A DNA stretch of 63,692 bases, the filler included, from Barthelona sp. PAP020 (taxonomy: Eukaryota), in NCBI GenBank assembly GCA_040182905.1. It is 30 parts of 30 records of this genome, joined end to end, with 100 filler letters (N's around TTAATTAATTAA, not from the genome) between each part and the next. Parts side by side here need not be neighbours in the genome. Positions count along the whole stretch, not along the records: positions 55,645 to 57,591 come from JARQWU010000891.1; positions 57,692 to 59,632 come from JARQWU010000892.1; positions 59,733 to 61,670 come from JARQWU010000893.1; positions 61,771 to 63,692 come from JARQWU010000894.1; 26 more parts are not named here. The stretch is one strand, 5' to 3'. Below the pieces are notes generated by a model. It made no database searches, was not told where the DNA came from, and worked only from the letters and a program-made list of their open reading frames with translations. Both the position numbers and the translations under genes were made by a program. This document shows, in pieces, positions 55,895-63,692 of the stretch (position 1 is its first letter; each line of letters begins with the position of its first letter).

Positions 55895-56075
55895 ATTTGG
55901 TCAACAAAAATTTGACCATGCCAAAAAGACCTTTTTGACAACAATAATGTGTTGGAAAAGCACCATCATTCCCATAAATTAACATCAATATCATGATATA
56001 TTAGCATTTTAGCAACATTTGAATGACTATTTCAAAAAATGATATGCGAAGGAGAACAACCATCACTCTTGCACA
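55895..56075 (-). pseudogene. Decayed ankyrin repeats of the same family
   Basis: CKSDGCSPSHIIF*NSHSNVAKMLIYHDIDVNL/NDGAFPTHYCCQKGLFGMVKFLL. Confidence 0.75.
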
Positions 56076-57069
56076 TCCGCAAAATCTGACAAAAACTCAT
56101 GCTCATTAAAAGCAACACCACAAAACGATGTCATTTCTTTGTTTTCCTTTTAACAGATTGTTGATATAGCAATCGTATTGAATCATGTGTGCTCAAGAGA
56201 TTAATGAATTGAACTCAAATATATCTCCATAAACTCTTCATTTTTTCTTTTTTGAAGACTTTTTCTTTTTTCACATTGTAACATTGGCTGATTAGAAACA
56301 CAACTGTAAACAAGGTTGTTATTTTGGAGAATTACATTTTCAATTTCCTTCAAAATGTTTCTTTCCAAAGTTGGTAATTTGTAACAAGCTTCAATTGAAA
56401 TTGATGAAAACATGATTGTTTTGCAATTATTCTTTTTTGTTCATATTGATTTAAGATCCAGCAACACAACAGCAATGGACAAAAGTCGCTTGAAAAAGAA
56501 AAGTTCTCAGCAACCCAATTATTTTGTCATCTCAATTCTTCTTATTTTTTCCCTCTTTCCCTCAACCCAAGATTTCATCATTACGAATTCCAATTTCTTT
56601 GGTCTTTTGCAAGTGAACTGCAAGAAATGTTGTGCAATTAAGACTTTTAAAGGATACCAAATCTGGGAGCTTTCTGAGTCCATTGTTCAATAAGTCTTCA
56701 ATAATTTCACAACCGCATAAAATAGTTATCGCGGCTGAATGTCATGTGAAATAATGGCTTCCAGTCCGAGATATTTCAAGAGGAACGCTGACCTCTCCAT
56801 GGGAAATTTGAAAAAATGCAAAGATTTGTTTTTACTACTCAATTGAGATGCAATGTTTAAGAAGGGAAAATTTTGGAAAAAGTTTTGGTATAAAGGAAAA
56901 ATGAACAAAAAAACTTTCTTGCAATCAAGCACATAATTTACTGAAATACTTGAAATTCTTCTTGTAGTGCAGGACTTTGGTAAAAATAGACTCATTGATG
57001 AGTTTTGAGGGGTAATTTAACTTTCTAATGCAAAACACTCCATGTAACAGTGCTTTTATGATGTTTGAA

Positions 57070-57356
57070 AGTTGCAGATAGTTCAACCAAAGTTGTGAAG
57101 CTCTATGATATCAGTATCGCCAACTCAATCGAGTATGCTGAAAGACGCAAAAAGTGCAAGTTCGGTGATGCCTGTTGTTCCTCTGGTGTTTTCAGAGACT
57201 GGTCTTTTCTCAAGTACAGTCTCTACTTTCTTCAACAAGTGTCTGCAAAGGGTCTCTCCCTACGTCAAGCACACACTCTGGCCTCGCATCAGGTACAGGC
57301 TCGCTGGACTTCTCGCAGAGTTCTGGGCCCTGCTACAGGCAACAAAGTAACAATGT
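57070..57356 (+). mobile_element. Second 3' fragment of the RLE retrotransposon, frameshifted
   Basis: Near-identical reverse complement of 32060-32345; +1 frameshift at GATGCCTGTT. Confidence 0.85.
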
Positions 57357-57394
57357 CAAGTATCTTTTCAAATAAACAGGGAAAATAGGTATCA

Positions 57395-57591
57395 CTACGA
57401 TAAATTGTAATATGGCTCCAAAAGTTCAACGATTGCAGAATGACCTTCAAATTTAGCAACATATTTGGCTGAATAATTTCGGCATTTTTTAAACACATCA
57501 GCTCCACGATCCAAAAGCATTTTAACAACATCATAATGACCTTTTTGACAGCTAGCAAACAATGGAGAAACACCATTATTCTTGCACAAAT
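57395..57591 (-). CDS. Ankyrin-repeat protein 3' end, 5' partial; no shared C-terminal domain
   Basis: CKNNGVSPLFASCQKGHYDVVKMLLDRGADV. Confidence 0.85.
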
Positions 57592-57691
57592 NNNNNNNNN
57601 NNNNNNNNNNNNNNNNNNNNNNNNNNNNNNNNNNNTTAATTAATTAANNNNNNNNNNNNNNNNNNNNNNNNNNNNNNNNNNNNNNNNNNNN

Positions 57692-59632
57692 ATCATCAAC
57701 ATCTTCAATAACAGGTTCAGAAGAAGCTGAAGGACCAGTAGCACCAGCTCCAGGGAATCCAGCACCACCGGGGAATCCACCAGGGAATCCAGCTTGACCT
57801 TGAGCACCAGGTTGTCCACCCATGGCAGCATAAGCAGCTTGAAGAATAGGCATAAATTGACCTTCTAATTCTTTTTGCTTTTCTTCATAGACTTCCTTGG
57901 TTTCATTGGGATGACCAGCAATCCATTGAGCAGTTTCTTCAACAAGTTCATTGATCTTTTTGACAGAGTCTTCAGGAATCTTGTCCTTTAATTCACCGGT
58001 AAGAGAGTTACGAACACCAAAGATATATGTTTCAAGTTTGTTCTTTGCTTCAATTTGATCAGCAACCTTTCTGTCAGCTTCTGCATTGGCTTCAGCTTCA
58101 GCAACCATGTTGTCGATTTGTTCCTTGGAAAGACGACCAGTATCATTTGTGATAGTGATTTGGTTAGTCTTACCAGTTCCCTTTTCTTCAGCAACAACGG
58201 ACATAATACCGTTGGCATCAACTTTGTATGTAATTTCAATTTTGGGAGTTCCACGAGGAGCTGGGGGAATATCATTGAGGAAGAAAGAACCAATCAAGTT
58301 GTTGTGTTTGGTTAATGGTCTTTCACCTTCAAAGACACGGATTTCAACTGAAGTTTGGTTATCAGCAGCAGTGGTGAAAATATCCTTCTTCTCACAAGGA
58401 GTCATAGTTCCTCTAGGAATAAGAGTAGCCATACGTTGACCTTGAGTTTCAATTCCCAAAGACAAAGGAGTGACATCAACAAGAATAATGTCTTGGGTTT
58501 CTTCAGTGGCTTCACCGGCAAGGATGGAAGCTTGAATGGCAGCACCCCAAGCAACAGCTTCATCAGGGTTGATGTTTCTGGCAGGTTCCTTTCCATTGAA
58601 GAATTCCTTGATTAATTCTTGAATCTTGGGAATACGAGTTGAACCACCAACTAAAACAACTTCATGAATTTCATTCTTATCCAAATCAGCATCACGAAGA
58701 ACGTTTTCAACGGGTTTCATGCAAGAACGGAAAAGATCCATGTTTAATTGTTCAAAACGAGCACGAGTTAATTGACATTCAAAATCTTCACCTTCAAAGA
58801 GAGCTTCAATTTCAATAGTGGTTTGGGCAGAAGAGGAAAGAACAATCTTAGCTCTTTCAGCTTCATTTCTCAAACGACGAAGGGCACGATCAGAAGATTC
58901 AATGTTGAGTCCAGGATGTTGTTTCTTAAATTCTTCAACCAAATATTTAACGATACGAGAATCAAAGTCTTCACCACCCAAGTGAGTATCACCGTTAGTG
59001 GCAATAACATTGAAGAAATCTCCTTCAATGGCAAGAAGAGATACATCGAAAGTACCACCACCAAGATCGAAAATCAAAACGTTACGTTCAACTTCTGTGT
59101 TATTGTTCAAACCATATGCAATAGCGGCAGCAGTGGGTTCATTAAGAACACGTAAAACATTAAGACCAGCAATACGACCAGCATCCTTTGTAGAATTTCT
59201 TTGAGAATCATTGAAATAAGCAGGAACAGTAACAACAGCATCCTTAACTTCAGTACCAAGATAAGCTTCAGCAATGCTAACCATCTTTTCTAAGACCATG
59301 GCAGAAATTTGTTCAGCATAATAACGCTTCTTTTCACCTTGGAAGTTAACTTCAATCATGGGACGATCATTGTCTCCTTGAATAACGTCAAAATGCCAAT
59401 GCTTCATATCTTCTTGAACGGTTCTGTCAGAAAAACGACGTCCGATAAGACGCTTTGCATCAAAGACAGTGTTCTTAGGATTACGAGCAGCCTGACGTTT
59501 GGCGGCTTCACCAATAAGACGTTCACGCTTTGTAAAAGCAACATAAGAAGGAGTAGTTCTGCGACCTTGATCGTTTGTAAGAATTTCAACACGACCATTG
59601 TTCATAACACCAACACATGAGTAGGTGGTACC
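57692..59632 (-). CDS. HSP70: Cytosolic-type HSP70, nearly complete (start and stop beyond contig ends)
   Basis: [43 protein letters not shown] repeats, terminal IEDVDD. Confidence 0.97.
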
Positions 59633-59732
59633 NNNNNNNNNNNNNNNNNNNNNNNNNNNNNNNNNNNNNNNNNNNNTTAATTAATTAANNNNNNNNNNNN
59701 NNNNNNNNNNNNNNNNNNNNNNNNNNNNNNNN

Positions 59733-61670
59733 AGAATTAGTATATTGACATATCTTGATGATCCAAACATCTCATTCAATCCTGAAATTGTGCTTAATCA
59801 AGTCCAGTATCGTAATGAAGATGTTAAAGAAGTTCATGCATTCAATCTTAGTTTGCAACATGGGGAAGGGATCGAGTTTGGCCAATTCTTTAATCTTGAA
59901 AAATTAAACCTTTCAGGCAATCAAATAAGAGATCCTTTCTTATTAAAATTGAATGAATGTAAGAAATTGAAAGAATTAGATTTAACAGGCAATTTGATCA
60001 GTATTCAAGCGGAAGAAATTGTGAATTTTATCATGAGTATTCCCTCGTTATGGGTTTTAGATATGAGACCATTAAATGCTGGACAAAATCCTTCTTTTGG
60101 TAATCCACAGATGTTAAATTATGTGTTGAATAGTCTAGCACAACAACAACATCTTTCTAAAACAGGTATTCCATTACAATATTTGAATAAACCAATTAGT
60201 TTGAGTGAACGAGTTGAATTATGCCGTAATGTAATTAAACGAGACCAGTTGGATCGTTTTAGAGCCAATTTAGCCTTTCATTGGGCTAGCAAGGGTTTAA
60301 ATGAACCAAAAACACTGAATCTATCAGGATATGGATTGGGTGACCATCAGTTAGATTTTGAACCATTTTCTAAATCTTTAGAGGAGGTTTATCTTGCTGG
60401 AAACAATTTCACAACACTTGCTGGAATGAATTTGGAACTATGTCAGAAATTACGTGTCATTGATATTCGTAGCAACAAGATTAAACAAATGTCAAACATT
60501 TATCAAGTGACTAATCAGTTACCTATGTTGGAAGCAATGGGTATCGGTCACAATCCGTTTATGAAAAAAAATCCAGATCTTGCTAGAATGAGGTTTATTG
60601 AAGAAATTCCACATTTAAGACAGTTAGGTTGTCCTTTGAAGGAAATTGATGCTAAACTAATCAGTATTGATGAAATTTTAGAAGCTTGGCGTAATTCTGG
60701 CGCTGATGTTGCTGAGACTGAGCGTTTTAGATTCTTGATCATGTTGAATCAATCGATGCCACCAGGTAAAAAGTTGGACGAATTAACTGGTTTGAATCTT
60801 TCGAATAGAGGCATTAAGGATATTGCAGTTGATAGATTGACAAGTTTAGAGATATTAAAACTTGGTAACAATCATATCACATCACAATCACTCGTTGGAG
60901 CTGGAATTCAAGCTTGTAAGAAGCTAAAAATGATAGATATTTCGAATAATTCTATTCATAATTTGAAAGAGATCGCTACACTGGTTGATCAACTGCCTGA
61001 TTTAGAAGAACTGAGTATGTTTGATAATCCATGTACAGATAGCAAAAAGAAAGACGAGTACATTCGTCGATTCATTGGTTTATGTGAAAGTGCCCAAATT
61101 GGTGATTGGAAATTGAAAAAAATTGATAATGTGACCATTGATATAGATATTAAGTTAGAGGCGTTAAAGGAGCATTCTGATTGTTCTAAGGTTGTTATTG
61201 ACCGTTTGAGATTCCAGTTGATATGTAGAGAGAGTCATTATGATGAAAATTCAGAGGTTTTGGATCTAGTAGATAATGATTTAACTACTATAGAGGGTAT
61301 TCATGCATTCAAGAACTGTCGTACGTTGTTATTGAGTCAAAATAAGTTGACAAACCTCCCACGCAAGGAGATTGAGCAATTGACCAAGTTAGAGTTTGTG
61401 GATCTTAGTTACAACGTGTTAACGAGTATTCATGAGACATCTAAGTGTTTCCAGCGATGTAATAATTTGAAATCCATTAATTTCAACCTTAGTAGTGAAG
61501 ATCCTTCTGATTCAGACACGATTCAGAAGTATCTTAACGATGTTATTGACATTTTACCAGGTGTTAGTGTGATTGATGGAAAAGAAAACCCCAAACCATT
61601 GAGGGAACATGAATACGTTGCTTGTAGATTCTTGAATGAACTGTGTCCCGATGGTGCTGGGTTTAATTCA
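59733..61670 (+). CDS. Large LRR protein built of tandem LRR+cap modules, partial at both ends
   Basis: LxxLxLxxN repeats interrupted by NP...LK.ID...I cap motifs. Confidence 0.9.
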
Positions 61671-62218
61671 NNNNNNNNNNNNNNNNNNNNNNNNNNNNNN
61701 NNNNNNNNNNNNNNTTAATTAATTAANNNNNNNNNNNNNNNNNNNNNNNNNNNNNNNNNNNNNNNNNNNNTCGAGTTTTTCAATTTTGATACCCATCAAT
61801 ATCAGAAATTGCAACAAGAAACCTTAAAAATTTTTATACGGCTCTTTGCATGAAATCCGTCCGCTTTCCTACGAACATAAAGAAATTATTCCAGTTTGGG
61901 TGGGGCAGGTGTTTGAAGAAAAGATTCACACTTTTTTATACCTTCAACCTCCAACCCTGATCTGATTCACTTTAAATGTTTGATATCAATTAAGTGTTTG
62001 ATTGACATTATGTGTAAGATACACATTATTTCCTTCTTTTCCAGCCCTTTTGTCTTTATTATTTATTTGTATAACATTTCTATTTTGAAAAGAAAAAAAG
62101 AAACCATAACAAATATTTTATAAAGTTAATTGAATGGATGTGAAAAATGGAAAACAATAATAAATGTGACACATAAGAAAAAGAAGAAAAGAAAAAGACT
62201 TTTGAACGAAATTCAGTA

Positions 62219-63586
62219 TCATGAAAATCCTTCAGGAAAGTGCAACGAACCAAATAAGTCCAGATCAGCATTTTTAAACGAAATCATCATAATTGAGTCA
62301 TTGAAACCTTCGCAATTGATGTCTGGCATTATCTTGAAACCATGTTGATCACCAAATCCACTTTCCATCATAATGCAAGCGTCTGCGTCAATCTCTTTCA
62401 AAGCAATCAGAATAGCTTCAATCACTTTACTTTCTAAGTCTTGATCAAGATGTTCATCCGCAGTCATCAATGGATGAATTGCAAATATGTTGAGTTCATC
62501 AAAATTATCGAGATAAACTTTGGACACACAGCTGTAACAAACAACAGTATCATCAATTGATGCAAAACACTCAAAAGTTATTGCATCTTCCTTTCTTAAA
62601 GCTGATGCACTAAAGCCCTCTATTGTGTTTGCCATTTGGCTCAAAAAAAAATCAATCTTCGCATGATCTTCAGTATTTGCCATGCAAATTATGGCAGAAG
62701 CAACATCATTATCAAGTTTTTCTCCCTCATTTTTCTCATCAATTAGATCGGGTGAATCAACAGACGTAAAATCCGATGGTTCAATGACTTTCTTCTTATT
62801 CGATTTTTTTTTCACTCTAATGTCTGTCAATTTCTTTTTTTTACGTTTGCTTTTTGTTTTCTTTTGAATTTTTTGGTCATCAACGGTGTCTAATGTGAAA
62901 GGATCTGTTTTCAAATTATCAACAATTTCTAAAGGCGAAAATGACAAATTAGCTAGAGAAGAATTATCATTAACAACTAAATCTATTTTATCTATTGGTT
63001 TGATGTCAATATCCTTAGGTTCTGTATTAAAAGATTTTTCGATGATTTGATTTTGAGTGTCTTTTGATGATTTTGGTTCAACTTCTTGTAAAACTTGAAC
63101 TTGAGTCGGTTTCGAGCTGAAATCAACACTGTTTTCAATTTCAATTCCCAAACCTAAATTAACAGTATAAACATCAGCTTCATCTTGCCTTTTTTGTTCT
63201 TTTGCTAACAAAATATCATTCCCTGTAAAGATAGATTTCTTTAAAATGTTCTTTAGATATGAAAAAGTTTTTACATCTTCAAAAGCTTCCATTGCTAATT
63301 TAATATCAATATTGGAATCATTAATCTTCTTCTTTGAATCTCGTAATTCTTTGTCTACTTTAATAAAAGGTGATGTTGTTCTTTGAACATGTTCACTAAC
63401 TCTAAAATATCCCATACTTGGTTGATTGACCGAATATACTAAAAATTGGGACAGCTCTTCATTAATACCATTTAAACTTTGAGCAATCTTTGATAATGAA
63501 GGTTTTGCTTCAACAAATGTCGGAGATATCCCTTTCTTTGCATTTGAAAATTGCTTTTGTGTGTCTAAAAACAAGGTATCTCTCAT
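62219..63586 (-). CDS. BORCS8/MEF2BNB-like domain fused to a degenerate GNAT (YhbS-like) domain
   Basis: VNQPSMGYFRVSEHVQRT matches BORCS8 ANEPSV..YR.QEHVRR; C-terminal 150 aa follows the YhbS pattern ending GSLHFPEGF. Confidence 0.7.
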   Translation of the reverse strand: MRDTLFLDTQKQFSNAKKGISPTFVEAKPSLSKIAQSLNGINEELSQFLVYSVNQPSMGYFRVSEHVQRTTSPFIKVDKELRDSKKKINDSNIDIKLAMEAFEDVKTFSYLKNILKKSIFTGNDILLAKEQKRQDEADVYTVNLGLGIEIENSVDFSSKPTQVQVLQEVEPKSSKDTQNQIIEKSFNTEPKDIDIKPIDKIDLVVNDNSSLANLSFSPLEIVDNLKTDPFTLDTVDDQKIQKKTKSKRKKKKLTDIRVKKKSNKKKVIEPSDFTSVDSPDLIDEKNEGEKLDNDVASAIICMANTEDHAKIDFFLSQMANTIEGFSASALRKEDAITFECFASIDDTVVCYSCVSKVYLDNFDELNIFAIHPLMTADEHLDQDLESKVIEAILIALKEIDADACIMMESGFGDQHGFKIMPDINCEGFNDSIMMISFKNADLDLFGSLHFPEGFS

Positions 63587-63692
63587 AAAGTAAAAAAAAA
63601 ATATGAAATAAGACTTTATTGAACTTTTCCGTAAAGAGACTCCATAAAACATCCCAATTGAGTGACGACAGCAAACACTCAAAACTGATATC

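Noticed and set aside
58055..59620. Antisense and alternate-frame ORFs over HSP70 (also over ACS, vWA and ankyrin genes)
   Set aside because: Expected shadows of codon bias and repeats; no independent motifs
59869..59877. GGATCGAGT inside the LRR gene as another ex-B motif
   Set aside because: Within coding sequence, lacks the leading A and has no tRNA upstream; chance match
1..63692. Non-standard genetic code
   Set aside because: TAA (IFT20), TAG (RPC6) and TGA (WD40 at 5027) all end recognisable proteins at the expected place; long genes lack internal stops

Overview
This window is not one locus. It is about 30 short contigs (~1.9-2.1 kb each) joined by 100-nt artificial spacers (N44-TTAATTAATTAA-N44), so adjacency across spacers carries no meaning. 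The DNA is a very AT-rich, compact, intron-poor eukaryotic nuclear genome using the standard code. Flagellar genes (IFT20, BBS9, RABL2) together with an ADP-forming acetyl-CoA synthetase point to an anaerobic flagellated protist; the lineage cannot be determined by eye. It holds housekeeping genes (HSP70, RPB2, RPC6, Rpn6, Rpt3, RPA2, histone H4, PABP, CDS), four tRNA genes, several dispersed repeat families including a TIR-bounded MITE, and fragments of an RLE-type non-LTR retrotransposon. Main observations: (1) an expanded family in which WD40 propellers or hypervariable ankyrin arrays are fused to the same ~70-aa C-terminal domain (CWDLxDxNxxxGGNM plus acidic tail) that I cannot assign, architecturally like WSB/ASB SOCS-box substrate receptors; (2) all four tRNA genes carry AGGATCGAGT 23-27 nt downstream followed by shared repeat modules, resembling Dictyostelium ex-B boxes and tRNA-targeted elements; (3) a BORCS8 fused to a degenerate bacterial-type GNAT; (4) a CMTR1 homolog with a degenerate K-D-K-E tetrad. 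All homology calls are from visual motif recognition, not database searches.
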